From: a virus
Taxonomy: Duplodnaviria > Caudoviricetes
Strand: one strand, 5' to 3'
Length of the DNA: 64,000 nucleotides
IMG/VR virus record: IMGVR_UViG_3300033463_000011
Coordinates: 96,001-160,000 of that record
The notes under the pieces were generated by a model. It did not search any database. It worked only from the letters and a program-made list of their open reading frames with translations, and was not told the DNA's origin. Position numbers and translations under genes: made by a program. Of the stretch, positions 8,406-18,336 are shown piece by piece (within the stretch, counting starts at the first letter, position 1; every line of letters starts with the position of its first letter).

Positions 8406-10088
8406 ATGAAGGTTTACATCAGTGCAGCAAAAACAATTCAGCAACTCAAAGAACAAGACGCTCCAGATATGGATGAGTCGATCTTTGAAGAGTTAGTTAG
8501 ATTAGATCCTACATCAAAATATGATGAAGGAAAAGGAGGTAAATATACTCCTTGGGTCATTCGTCAATATAAGAAAGGTAATATTGACCTTGATGCAGAA
8601 GGCGAAGATAGTGTTGTAAACAGCTTAGTAGATTCTCTTGGATTATTTACTAAAGATTTCAAACATTTTAGCAAGAGAGATATCAATCAGTATAAAACAG
8701 TTCAAGAATTCTTAGACGAATCTAGACGAGTAGGTAATAGAGAATTAACTCCTAAGGAACTCGAAAAGCTTCATGGCAAACAGGCTCATCTTGCAGGTGA
8801 TAACGACAAGCAGTGTCTTGTAGAAGACGGCGATTGGCAGGTTTGGACACCCAAGACTTATGCAGGTTCAATTGCACTTGCAAGAATGGGTGGAGGTAAA
8901 CAAGCTGAATGGTGTACTGCTTGGACAAGAAGCGATAGCTACTATAGAAGTTACACAGCTAGAGGTCCACTTTACATTTTTATTAATAAGAATAACACTG
9001 GTGAAAAGTATCAGTCACATTTCGGAAACGATGGTAGAATTTCTTGGTTCTACGATATAGACGATCATGAGCGTGGCCAGCAAGCATTTACAGAGTTCTG
9101 TGCTAAGCATCCTAAGATCCAGCAATTCTTTAAACTTGAAAATAAAGATGGAATTCAAACAATGGCAGGTAATGTTATTGGCTATGATCCAAATGCTACT
9201 AAGATTGTTATTCCTGAAGGAGGTAGTCTGCTTTCAGGTAAGAGATTACCTTCTAGCCTCGAAACAGTAGTACTTCCTGATACAATGACATCATTACCTA
9301 GCTCAGTATTTGCAGGATTAGCTTCACTAGTAAATGTTCGTTTGCCTAAATCATTAACAGAAATTCCTTCGGATACATTTAAAAATTGCACTTCATTATC
9401 TCATATTGATATTCCCGATTCTGTTACAGTATATGGCAGTAATGCGTTTTCGGGGTGCACAAGTTTAAAGACAATTAATCACAGTAACAGCTTACAAGAA
9501 GTTAAAGACTATTGTTTCAAAGACTGCACGAGTCTTGAAGATGACTTACCTAATACAGTAACAAAGTTAGGTAAAGACGTATTCGCAGGTGCTGATTTAG
9601 CCGAATTTACAATGCCTGAAAGCTTAATGGAGATTAGCCCTAGTTCATTCGCAGGATGTAATATAAAGCAATTTAACATCAACAATGTCAAGACAATCAA
9701 AGCAAACGCATTTAAAGAATCTGGAGTTAATTCAATTGATTTGCGTAATGTAAATCACATTGGAAGTAATGCCTTCAGAGGATGTAACAAACTCACTACA
9801 TTTGATTTTAACCCTGAAGGAGTATCCATTGGTCCTTATGCTTTTGCAGATAGCAAAGCAAAACCTTCAAAGCCTATAACACTTTATCCTTCTACTACAA
9901 TTGATATTGGTACATTCGATAATTGTCCCAATATGACGATTCAGTGGGAAAAAGATGATGAACCTTATCCGTTCTTCAATATAGGATTACTTATTTGCGA
10001 TGAAAAGAAGTGCCCTGAATTAGTACGAGAGAATAAGGGAACAGTTAGGATACAAACAACTCAAGGTAATGAATATCCTGTAACATAA
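8406..10088 (+). CDS. MKVYISAA-tagged protein: N-terminal helical region, WCTA domain, BspA-type leucine-rich repeats
   Basis: Repeats such as LPKSLTEIPSDTFKNCTSL and IPDSVTVYGSNAFSGCTSL; GDWQVWTPKT...WCTAW...GPLYIFINK...KYQ. Confidence 0.85.
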   Translation: MKVYISAAKTIQQLKEQDAPDMDESIFEELVRLDPTSKYDEGKGGKYTPWVIRQYKKGNIDLDAEGEDSVVNSLVDSLGLFTKDFKHFSKRDINQYKTVQEFLDESRRVGNRELTPKELEKLHGKQAHLAGDNDKQCLVEDGDWQVWTPKTYAGSIALARMGGGKQAEWCTAWTRSDSYYRSYTARGPLYIFINKNNTGEKYQSHFGNDGRISWFYDIDDHERGQQAFTEFCAKHPKIQQFFKLENKDGIQTMAGNVIGYDPNATKIVIPEGGSLLSGKRLPSSLETVVLPDTMTSLPSSVFAGLASLVNVRLPKSLTEIPSDTFKNCTSLSHIDIPDSVTVYGSNAFSGCTSLKTINHSNSLQEVKDYCFKDCTSLEDDLPNTVTKLGKDVFAGADLAEFTMPESLMEISPSSFAGCNIKQFNINNVKTIKANAFKESGVNSIDLRNVNHIGSNAFRGCNKLTTFDFNPEGVSIGPYAFADSKAKPSKPITLYPSTTIDIGTFDNCPNMTIQWEKDDEPYPFFNIGLLICDEKKCPELVRENKGTVRIQTTQGNEYPVT

Positions 10089-10106
10089 ATTTTTGGAGGA
10101 AACTAG

Positions 10107-11387
10107 ATGAAAGTTTATATACGTGCAGCTCTTACAGTTAAGCAGCTTGAAACTCAAAATGGCGTAGGTTTAACAAAGCCTGTTCTTAAGCAAATCATTG
10201 AAATTGATCCTACATCAAACTACGACGAGGGAAAAGGCGGAAAATATTGTCCTTGGCTTATTAAGCAGCATAAGCTTGGCAATCTTACTCCTGACGATTA
10301 TACAAATGTCAAAGATGCTTTAGAGCTGTTCTCTAAAGACTTCAGACATTATCCTAATTCTGATATAAATCAGTATAAGACAGTAGAGCAATTCTTGTCT
10401 GATACTAACGCAGTAGCTAATAGAGAACTCACTGACAGAGAAAAAGAGAAGTTGCATGGTAAGCAAGCACATCAGGCTGGAGACGACGATAAGGAATTTC
10501 TTGTTGCAGATGGTGATTGGGAAGTTTGGACCCCTAAAACCTACACAGGTTCAATTGCTTTAGCAAGAATGGGCGGTGGAGGTCAGGCCGACTGGTGCAC
10601 AGCATGGACACGTAGTGATAATTATTATAAAAGCTACACTGCTAGGGGGCCTTTGTATATTTTCTTAAACAAGGGTAATACAGGAGAAAAGTATCAGCTT
10701 CATTTCCAGTCAGATTCTTGGTATGACGCAAGAGATAGATCTCTTGGAATGGATGCATTTTACGATTTTATCGCAAAATATCCTAAGTTCAAAGAATTCT
10801 TCAAGGTTAAATCAGAGGGTGGCGTACTTTCTAGGGCAGGTTCTATTATCAAGTATGATCCTGAAGCAACAGTTATCGATGTTCCTGCAGGGATGGAAAA
10901 GCTTCCTAACTTTAAATTCCCCGATAAATGTAAAGTAGTAAATCTTCCTGATTCTATTACTGAAATACCTCCTAAATGCTTTGAAAATTGCAAAGTAGAA
11001 ACTGTTACATTTAATAACGTAACTGCTATAAAAGCAGGAGCATTCAGAGGTTCAAGCATCAAGAACATTGACCTTTCTGGTGTAACACATATCGGAAGTA
11101 GTGCATTTAGAGATTGTAAGAAACTGCAATCAATAGATCTTAATCCAGAAGTAGTAATTAATTCATATTCCTTTGCAGGAGATCCAATTGGTGGCACTGT
11201 TGTAGTTGCTCCTACAATGAAACTTTCTATGAGTTCTTTCGAAGATTGTGCTAACCTCACAATAGTTTGGGAGAAGGAAGATGAACCTTACAGCTTCTAT
11301 GGAATTAAAGAATTAGTATTAGATCCTAAAGCTTGTCCAGAGTTATTTGAAATGAATAACGGAGAAGTACCTATTAGAAAGGTATAA
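10107..11387 (+). CDS. MKVYIRAA-tagged paralog of 8406..10088 with fewer LRRs
   Basis: Highly similar N-terminal half (DPTS.YDEGKGGKY.PW); LRRs LPDSITEIPPKCFENC and VTHIGSSAFRDCKKL. Confidence 0.85.
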   Translation: MKVYIRAALTVKQLETQNGVGLTKPVLKQIIEIDPTSNYDEGKGGKYCPWLIKQHKLGNLTPDDYTNVKDALELFSKDFRHYPNSDINQYKTVEQFLSDTNAVANRELTDREKEKLHGKQAHQAGDDDKEFLVADGDWEVWTPKTYTGSIALARMGGGGQADWCTAWTRSDNYYKSYTARGPLYIFLNKGNTGEKYQLHFQSDSWYDARDRSLGMDAFYDFIAKYPKFKEFFKVKSEGGVLSRAGSIIKYDPEATVIDVPAGMEKLPNFKFPDKCKVVNLPDSITEIPPKCFENCKVETVTFNNVTAIKAGAFRGSSIKNIDLSGVTHIGSSAFRDCKKLQSIDLNPEVVINSYSFAGDPIGGTVVVAPTMKLSMSSFEDCANLTIVWEKEDEPYSFYGIKELVLDPKACPELFEMNNGEVPIRKV

Positions 11388-11391
11388 CATA

Positions 11392-11571
11392 ATGCGAATA
11401 GATAACGATTTACCTAATGCTGAATTTGCAGAAGTTGACGACATAATTGATGAAGCTCGGCATAAATTTAATGAAGACTCTCAAATAACTAGATTCATAT
11501 TTGAACAGCTTTCAAATTTAGGTTATCTGCCCGAAGATATAGTTGAAATCTTATCATATGCAGGATATTAA
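11392..11571 (+). CDS. Small hypothetical protein (59 aa, MRIDNDLPNAEFAEVDD...)
   Basis: Not in the ORF track. ATG 11392 follows AAGGT, ends at TAA 11571, and fills the gap. Confidence 0.55.
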   Translation: MRIDNDLPNAEFAEVDDIIDEARHKFNEDSQITRFIFEQLSNLGYLPEDIVEILSYAGY

Positions 11572-11578
11572 TACGGTT

Positions 11579-11899
11579 ATGCGAAATTATAAAAATACTC
11601 TAGACAAATTTGTTGGGCAAGACGTTTGGGTTAAGGTCTACGAAGTAATTAAATATGGAGTAGGTCGAGGTTCAAATGAATATACAATCGAAAGCTGGAT
11701 AAGAATAGTAGAAGCTACAAAAGATATGTATATTGTTAATATATTGAATGATAGAAGAGTAACTCATTCTGGCTTTTATTCTTGCAATGAAGCTGAAAAA
11801 GAAAAGGTATTATCAACTTCGTTTGGGTTTCCTAAATCATATTTTACATTATTTGAACCGCTTGACTGCCTTACTACAGAAGAAATACTGGGAGATTAA
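11579..11899 (+). CDS. GKDxW-family paralog 5/40 (lacks the MKIY tag)
   Basis: LDKFVGQDVWVKV...EPLDCLTTEEILG. Confidence 0.8.
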   Translation: MRNYKNTLDKFVGQDVWVKVYEVIKYGVGRGSNEYTIESWIRIVEATKDMYIVNILNDRRVTHSGFYSCNEAEKEKVLSTSFGFPKSYFTLFEPLDCLTTEEILGD

Positions 11900-11901
11900 T
11901 C

Positions 11902-12678
11902 ATGAAAATTGAATCTTCAAAATTTAATTTATTCGGAAAAAACAAAGATAACTTTCAAAGAGAAATCAAACAAGCTATCGGAAAGAATATCTGGGTCAAG
12001 GTTGAGTTATTTAAAAATTCTCCTTTAGTTAATATGATGAATGTTAGCAGCATGTTTGGAATACACGGAACATGTTGGGTAAGACTACTAGCAGTTGTAG
12101 ATAACTTTTATATTTGCAATATATGCAAGGCAAGCGAATCTGAAGAAGGCACTGTTGAAGTAACTAAAGAAGAGATAAAGAAAATCCTCACAACTAAATG
12201 TAAAATTAGCGTAGGTACAGTAAGTTTAGTTACTCCTGTTGAAATGTTAACTACTGACGAATTGTTTAATGTTGTTGAGAATCATTCACAACCAGAAGTT
12301 AACGATGCCAATGAGGATGAGTACATTGAAGAAATTGCAGATGATGATGTCCACAACAATTGGCCTAATCGACAATTTTGGGAGAATTGCGAGGACATAG
12401 ATGAGATATGGAACGATTATCTCAATGTGCCTGAAAATATCATAAATCAGGAACTGCAAATATTTCCAGAACCTTCAGTTCAAGGAGGTATGGGCGGAAT
12501 GTTTATTTATGATGAATCTGGCGAACACAGATTTTCAAATATATACGTAGATTATCAAGAATGGTGTGAAGCAGAATTAGAAATGGCAGCAGATTCTACT
12601 TCAGCAGAAGAATACGCAGATAGATATAGAGACTACGTTCTTGAATTAATGGATAACGCAGAAGTTGAAGAAGAGTAA
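11902..12678 (+). CDS. GKDxW-family paralog 6/40 fused to an acidic C-terminal domain
   Basis: MKIESS...IGKNIWVKV...PVEMLTTDELF, then a ~130-aa acidic domain. Confidence 0.85.
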   Translation: MKIESSKFNLFGKNKDNFQREIKQAIGKNIWVKVELFKNSPLVNMMNVSSMFGIHGTCWVRLLAVVDNFYICNICKASESEEGTVEVTKEEIKKILTTKCKISVGTVSLVTPVEMLTTDELFNVVENHSQPEVNDANEDEYIEEIADDDVHNNWPNRQFWENCEDIDEIWNDYLNVPENIINQELQIFPEPSVQGGMGGMFIYDESGEHRFSNIYVDYQEWCEAELEMAADSTSAEEYADRYRDYVLELMDNAEVEEE

Positions 12679-12928
12679 ATGAAAATATACGCATCTAACA
12701 GAAATAACAACATACTTGAACGCATCATAGGAAAAGATGTCTGGATTTTGGTAGATATTCTAGAAGCTGAAACATGGGCAGAAAAGTTTTACAAAAGATA
12801 CTTTATTCAAATAGATGGGAAAGATTCTGAATTTTACAGCCCAGATTACAATCACTCGTGTCAGGAAAGATGATATAAAAGTAATTGAACCAATTGAAAT
12901 ATATACAACTGACGAATTATTTAACTAA
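12679..12928 (+). pseudogene. Frameshifted/internally deleted GKDxW-family paralog 7/40
   Basis: MKIYAS...IIGKDVW stops at 12873. The family C-terminus (QITITRVRKDDIKVIEPIEIYTTDELFN*) continues in the +1 frame to TAA 12928. Confidence 0.8.
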
Positions 12929-12970
12929 TTTTTCTCAATTATAATCTACATAGAGTTCAGTCGTAATTAG

Positions 12971-13396
12971 ATGGAGTTTTATATTTATATGGATTTTGAT
13001 ACAAATAATCATTCAGTATTCAAATTGCATTATCATCTTATTATGTGTGTGAAATATCGTAATAAGGTTATCACAGATGATATATCTATGCGACTAAGAA
13101 GTATTTTTGAATATATTGCACCAAACTACAATATTGTGTTAGAAGAATGGAACCATGATGTAGATCATGTGCATATACTTTTTAGGGGAGCCCCAAATAC
13201 CGAAATAAGCAAATTCATAAATGCATATAAATCTGCAAGTAGTCGGCTTATCAAGAAAGAATTTCCCCAGATCCGCAAATCCCTTTGGAAAGAAATGTTT
13301 TGGTCACAAAGTTTCTGTCTCATATCAACTGGGGGTGCAACTGTAGATACAATTAAAAAATATATACAATCCCAAGGAAAGAAAGATGGCAAATAA
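12971..13396 (+). CDS. tnpA: IS200/IS605 HUH (Y1) transposase
   Basis: LHYHLIMCVKYR, DHVHIL (HUH), INAYKSASSR, FWSQSF, KKYIQSQ (catalytic Tyr). Confidence 0.95.
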   Translation: MEFYIYMDFDTNNHSVFKLHYHLIMCVKYRNKVITDDISMRLRSIFEYIAPNYNIVLEEWNHDVDHVHILFRGAPNTEISKFINAYKSASSRLIKKEFPQIRKSLWKEMFWSQSFCLISTGGATVDTIKKYIQSQGKKDGK

Positions 13397-14519
13397 GGCG
13401 ATCAAGTACAGATTATATCCTACCGCAGAACAGGCGGTTATGTTTTCTAAAACTTTCGGTTGTTGTCGTAAGGTCTATAATCTGATGCTTGAAGATAAGA
13501 TTGCATCCTATCAAAATAGTAAGACATTCGGTAAGCAAACCCCTGCTATGTATAAAACTGCTTATCCGTTTCTTAAAGAAGTTGATAGTTTGTCCCTTGC
13601 CAATGTTCAATTAAATCTTCAAGGTGCTATGCGAAACTGCTTTGACAAGAAACGCAAAAAGAAGAATGGTTTTCCTAAATTCAAGTCTGCAAAGCATAGT
13701 CGCAAATCTTATACCACCAATAATCAAAATGGTACTGTTGCAATAATCGACAATAGGTATATTAAACTTCCTAAAATCGGCGAAGTCAAAGCAGTAATTC
13801 ACAAAGATCCGGAACTTGATTGGGTAATTAAGTCTGCTACTATATCACAGGATAGCGATGGAAAGTTTTATGTCTCTGTTCTGTTTGAATTTGACAAAGT
13901 AATTGAGCAAATTCCTGTATCAGATAATGCGATTGGTTTAGACTATGCTTCAGATGGATTATATGTTGATGATAAAGGAAACGTAGGTTCTAACCATAAA
14001 TTCTATAGAGAAAGTCACAAGAAACTTGTGAAAGAGCAGAGAAGGTTATCCAGAAAAGTGGGTTCTAAAAAGAATTCCGCTAAATCTCATAACTATCAAA
14101 AACAGCTTCTTAAAGTAAATAAGATACATAAGCATATCACAAATCAGCGTTTAGACGATCTTCACAAGAAGTCTACTGCGATAGCCAAACAGTATGATGT
14201 CGTTTGTGTTGAAAGCCTGAATATGCAGTCTATGTCAAATAGAGGTTTTGGTAACGGAAAAGCCACTATGGACAATGGATATGGTATGTTCCTCACTATG
14301 CTCGAATACAAACTTGCGGATAGAGGAAAATATTTTGTCAAAGTTGATAAGTGGTTTCCGAGTAGTCAGTTATGCCATTGTTGTGGAACAATCCATAAAG
14401 AGATGAAAAATTTGACTATCCGAACTTTGCAATGTGATTGTGGTATGACAATCAGTCGTGACCAAAATGCGGCTATCAACATCAGAAACGAGGGATTGCG
14501 GATTCTAAGCTCTGCATAA
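13386..14519 (+). CDS. tnpB: RNA-guided endonuclease TnpB
   Basis: KAIKYRLYPT, FGCCRKVYN; RuvC GLDY / VESL / RDQNAAINI; Zn finger SSQLCHCCG...CDCG. Confidence 0.95.
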   Translation: MANKAIKYRLYPTAEQAVMFSKTFGCCRKVYNLMLEDKIASYQNSKTFGKQTPAMYKTAYPFLKEVDSLSLANVQLNLQGAMRNCFDKKRKKKNGFPKFKSAKHSRKSYTTNNQNGTVAIIDNRYIKLPKIGEVKAVIHKDPELDWVIKSATISQDSDGKFYVSVLFEFDKVIEQIPVSDNAIGLDYASDGLYVDDKGNVGSNHKFYRESHKKLVKEQRRLSRKVGSKKNSAKSHNYQKQLLKVNKIHKHITNQRLDDLHKKSTAIAKQYDVVCVESLNMQSMSNRGFGNGKATMDNGYGMFLTMLEYKLADRGKYFVKVDKWFPSSQLCHCCGTIHKEMKNLTIRTLQCDCGMTISRDQNAAINIRNEGLRILSSA

Positions 14520-14678
14520 CTCAAAATATGGTAGGGATGGAGTAGCCCGAACCCAACGCCTGTGGACATTGTGTAAGACGCAGATTATAGCTTTTTATAA
14601 TATGTGCAGTAGTGGTTGAAGCAGGAAGCTCCGACTTCTATAAGTCGGAGTAGTTCACCGTAGTAATATAACCTTATA
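14520..14678 (+). ncRNA. Putative TnpB omegaRNA/reRNA: scaffold to 14658, guide from about 14659
   Basis: Lies downstream of tnpB with a terminal hairpin and TTCAC end, as established for IS605 elements. 5' end uncertain. Confidence 0.7.
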
Positions 14679-14699
14679 TTTATGTAGAGGTATTATAAT

Positions 14700-14930
14700 A
14701 TGATAAAATATAAAAACATCTCCGGTCAGACCTTGACTTTTTACAATGTTACATTCAACCCGAATGACATTAAGGAAGTTCCTGGATATATTAATCACTT
14801 AAAAATGATTAGAGTAAAAGATTCAGAAATTCCTAAGCCCAAAGCAACTTTAGAAGTTGTTGAGGAAAAACAAAAAGTCGAAGCACCGGCTAAAAGAACT
14901 TACACAAAAAGAAAAATTAAGCAATCATAA
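14700..14930 (+). CDS. Small hypothetical protein preceding the tail sheath
   Basis: AACCTT at 14670; GAGG RBS. Confidence 0.7.
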   Translation: MIKYKNISGQTLTFYNVTFNPNDIKEVPGYINHLKMIRVKDSEIPKPKATLEVVEEKQKVEAPAKRTYTKRKIKQS

Positions 14931-14947
14931 TTAGGAGGAGTCAATAA

Positions 14948-17182
14948 ATGGCTAAGATAACAATTAATCCGATTTCCAACAATTATTCGATTAATGTTAC
15001 AAATTCTAGTTACTGCACAGTAGCACTTCCTATCACTGCTTGTTGGGGACCTGCATTTGAGGATCCAACTACAACCAACACGCCTGAGGATATTGCATTA
15101 GAAAATACTGTCTGGACTAGATTTAATTCAACACAGACCGGATTACAATCATTTGTATCTACATACAGAGGTCCGTCTTCCAACTACAGAAGAGCAAAGG
15201 ATTATTCATATTATGTAGCTCTTTCACTTATTTCTAATGGATATGATGTACTTGTTTGCAGACTCTGTCCCGGTACAAATGCAGGCGGTGAGTTTGTAGA
15301 AGCTTCTTCCTATCAGTATAACGTATTAACTTCTGCGCCGGATGATTGGGCAACTAATTACGCTAATTACTATACAAAGAGCGGCGATGATTACGTTGCA
15401 GTTCAAGGTGTAGTTCAAGATAAGTATGTACACGTTTCAGGTGCAGAAGCTCCTACATTTGCTGCAAATACTTATTATAAGCTCGAAGATAATGAGTACG
15501 TTCTCTTAGAAGAAGCTCCGGATGATTGGGCTACTAATTGGGCTAATTATTATCAGAAAGATGGAACAGAGACAGTTGCTCCTGCATTCACAGCAAATAC
15601 TTATTATGAAAAAGTAGATATTGGCGGAGATAAACTTACAATCAAAGCAAAGTATCCTGGTACATTTGGTAACAACATCATTGTTACAATTAAGAAGATT
15701 GTGTCCTTAGGAGCTACTTATTGGAATGCAATTGTATATGCAGTAGATGCTTCTAACATAAGAACATCTCTTGAGAATCTCACATTTGTATTTGACGTAG
15801 ATAATTCTACAGACAGAATCCTTCACATTAGCGAGGTTGAGTCTAATTATATCACATTTGTTGGATATAACGGACTTAATGAAGACAGTGAGCTTGTAGG
15901 TGATTCTGCTTATGGAACATCTGTTCCTACAATCAGGCTTGCAGGTGGTGCCGATGTAGCTGCACAGAATGATGAGGATGTTGTAACAGATATTATCACA
16001 GCAGCTCAAGATTATGCTAAAACAAGATATCTTTTAGTAGCGTCTCAGCAAGAGATTGATGAAGATCATGTTTCATATATCAATTCATTTGATGCACTTA
16101 AAGTACCTACAACTGATAAGAATTTAGCTTATGCGCTTAGATTCAGAGAGTGGACATTTACTTACGCTACAAAGGTATTTGATCTCTTGAAGGATAAGTT
16201 AACCTATAATCCTAATAGAATTATTTCTCCTTGGGATGATCAGAACTTCTACGAATTTGGAGAAACAGAACCTAAGCAAAGATTTGGTCTTCTTTCTCCT
16301 ATGCATGTAAAGTTGATGGAAGTAGCTTACAATAGTAGATGTGCTACAGCACTTCTTGATATTCCGAAGAGTTTAGCAAGAGACGGTGTTTGGATTGACG
16401 ATCCTTCTTCTGATAAGGAAGGTTACGTACAGAAGCTTTGCAGATATCAGCCCGAAGAATCTTCTCAGCAAACAGGATTATTCACTTCATCTTCTGCATT
16501 ATTTGCTCCTTGGGGTCAATATACATACGTAGGAACATCAAGACAAGCTCCTGCAACACCTTCGTTCCTCGCACTTATGATTACAAGAGCAATGATTCTT
16601 AATCAAGCTAACCAGTATGAATGGGCTCTTCCTACAATCAGAAAGACAAATTTCAAGCTAGGTAAGTTAGATTATACAATTCCTGAGGACTTACTCGATA
16701 AATGGCAGTCCAGAGAAGGTTGCAGAGTAAATGTCATTATGAACCTTCCTGAAGTTGGTGCAAGCATTTGGGGTAACTCAACATTATTTGAAGTACCTCC
16801 GGCAACATATCAAGCACTTGCTAACCTTTCTACAAGATACATCTTCAACGCAATTCAGGATGTAGTTTATAGAGTAGGTATCGGCATCACATATCAGTAT
16901 AGCAACTCCAATGCTTATGACAGATTCTACGCAGGAGTTACACCTATTCTTGATACAATGTCTAACCTTGGTGCTCTTGTAAAAGGTGCAGATGTTCCTG
17001 GTAGAACTGATCTTGACGATCCTGGCTATTATGTAACAATGGCAGCTGATATCAACGGACTTGATTCAGTAAATGCTAACTCAGTAATCGGTCAGATCAT
17101 TATTAGAACAGCAGGTGTAATCGAAGACATCACAATCGACTTGATTGCTCTTCCTCAGTCTGCTTCATTAACAGCCACCTAA
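14948..17182 (+). CDS. Tail sheath protein with an inserted repeat domain
   Basis: AKYPGTFGNNI, LAGGAD, ALFAPW, IWGNSTL, and C-terminal VIGQIIIRTAGVIEDITIDLI, typical of contractile tail sheaths. Confidence 0.85.
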   Translation: MAKITINPISNNYSINVTNSSYCTVALPITACWGPAFEDPTTTNTPEDIALENTVWTRFNSTQTGLQSFVSTYRGPSSNYRRAKDYSYYVALSLISNGYDVLVCRLCPGTNAGGEFVEASSYQYNVLTSAPDDWATNYANYYTKSGDDYVAVQGVVQDKYVHVSGAEAPTFAANTYYKLEDNEYVLLEEAPDDWATNWANYYQKDGTETVAPAFTANTYYEKVDIGGDKLTIKAKYPGTFGNNIIVTIKKIVSLGATYWNAIVYAVDASNIRTSLENLTFVFDVDNSTDRILHISEVESNYITFVGYNGLNEDSELVGDSAYGTSVPTIRLAGGADVAAQNDEDVVTDIITAAQDYAKTRYLLVASQQEIDEDHVSYINSFDALKVPTTDKNLAYALRFREWTFTYATKVFDLLKDKLTYNPNRIISPWDDQNFYEFGETEPKQRFGLLSPMHVKLMEVAYNSRCATALLDIPKSLARDGVWIDDPSSDKEGYVQKLCRYQPEESSQQTGLFTSSSALFAPWGQYTYVGTSRQAPATPSFLALMITRAMILNQANQYEWALPTIRKTNFKLGKLDYTIPEDLLDKWQSREGCRVNVIMNLPEVGASIWGNSTLFEVPPATYQALANLSTRYIFNAIQDVVYRVGIGITYQYSNSNAYDRFYAGVTPILDTMSNLGALVKGADVPGRTDLDDPGYYVTMAADINGLDSVNANSVIGQIIIRTAGVIEDITIDLIALPQSASLTAT

Positions 17183-17208
17183 TTCCTCATTTTAGGTATC
17201 CATACTAC

Positions 17209-17240
17209 AGGGCAGGTAGCTTCGGCTATCTGCCTTTTGT
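17209..17240 (+). terminator. Intrinsic terminator with cUUCGg tetraloop
   Basis: AGGGCAGGTAGC-TTCG-GCTATCTGCCTT-TTGT after the sheath gene. Confidence 0.85.
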
Positions 17241-17285
17241 ATGTATACACCTTATATGTGTATATAAATTATCTTGGAGAAATTT

Positions 17286-17972
17286 ATGAAATTATATATT
17301 CAAGCAGCTATCGCAAAATATGAAAAGCCCTGTACTATATATTACGGAGACGGAAATAGTTCTGCAAGTAGAGGAAACGAACCAGAACACATTAGTGAAC
17401 TTAGAGGATACGCCTGTAGCCCTGAAATGGCATTAGTAGCTGCACTTAATGCAGACATATTAGAAAATGGATTCACATCTAAAGATATATTAGATGCTAT
17501 ATTAGATGATGACGAATGGGATCAAGAATATTTTGAATTTGATGACCCTGAGGATTTTAGCGTTGAAGAAATTAATTCTAAAGGAATTGACTTCTGGATA
17601 TCAAAAATCTATGATATAGATCTTGGAGGAGGATATCCGTATCCCTATAAAGTAGAATTCAATAATCAAGTAATATTTCACGATAAAGTTACTGAAGAGA
17701 ACTTGCTTCCAGATGCTGTAAGAACTCCAGAACAAGAAACAGCTTGGTATCTAAGAAAAAGAGAAGAAAATTATCGACTTGGTCTTGCACATCATTCTGA
17801 TGATGCTGAAATACTTGATGATTTAGCAAATGATGGTTCTTTTGAGATTAAATCTTTAGTATGTGTTAATCCAAATGTTTCAAATAAAACTCTCCTAAAA
17901 TTATATTATAGCCAAAATTCAACTATAAGTTACATGGCAGGAAATAGATTAAAAGAACGCGGAGTTATTTGA
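17286..17972 (+). CDS. MKLYIQAA-tagged acidic protein with C-terminal LRV/HEAT-like repeats
   Basis: EILDDLAND...VCVNPNVSNKTLLKL; GGAG RBS. Confidence 0.75.
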   Translation: MKLYIQAAIAKYEKPCTIYYGDGNSSASRGNEPEHISELRGYACSPEMALVAALNADILENGFTSKDILDAILDDDEWDQEYFEFDDPEDFSVEEINSKGIDFWISKIYDIDLGGGYPYPYKVEFNNQVIFHDKVTEENLLPDAVRTPEQETAWYLRKREENYRLGLAHHSDDAEILDDLANDGSFEIKSLVCVNPNVSNKTLLKLYYSQNSTISYMAGNRLKERGVI

Positions 17973-17973
17973 T

Positions 17974-18336
17974 ATGAAAATATATAGTCATACGCACAAA
18001 CCCAAGGTAAACAATGTTGACAGCATGCAGGAATATCTTAAAAACTTTATAGGCAAAGAGCTGTGGGTTAAGGTAGGTATTGACCAAGATTATAATCTAT
18101 TTTACATTAGGGTAATTAATATATCTGGAAGCACATTAACTTGTAATCAAATATCAGCTGTGTTGGTAGATGAATCTGAAGACTATCTTTCACTGCAAGA
18201 AGATATTGATAGGTTGGAATATATCAAAAGATATGATTTATATGACATAGAAGTACCTGAAGATGGTAAACTAGACGTATATTCGACAGATGAAATAATG
18301 GAAATATTAAAAAATAGCGGGACGAGGTATATGTAA
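17974..18336 (+). CDS. GKDxW-family paralog 8/40
   Basis: MKIYSH...FIGKELWVKV...DVYSTDEIM. Confidence 0.88.
   Translation: MKIYSHTHKPKVNNVDSMQEYLKNFIGKELWVKVGIDQDYNLFYIRVINISGSTLTCNQISAVLVDESEDYLSLQEDIDRLEYIKRYDLYDIEVPEDGKLDVYSTDEIMEILKNSGTRYM

Larger units (their letters stand above)
12930..14658 (+). mobile_element. IS200/IS605-family insertion sequence (tnpA+tnpB); left end approximate
   Basis: Overlapping tnpA and tnpB; right-end hairpin CTCCGACTT-ctat-AAGTCGGAG followed by TAGTTCAC (ends 14658). Confidence 0.9.

Noticed and set aside
13386-14519. Cas12f/Cas14 CRISPR effector
   Set aside because: It is adjacent to tnpA, has an IS605 right end, and no CRISPR array is nearby; this is ordinary TnpB.
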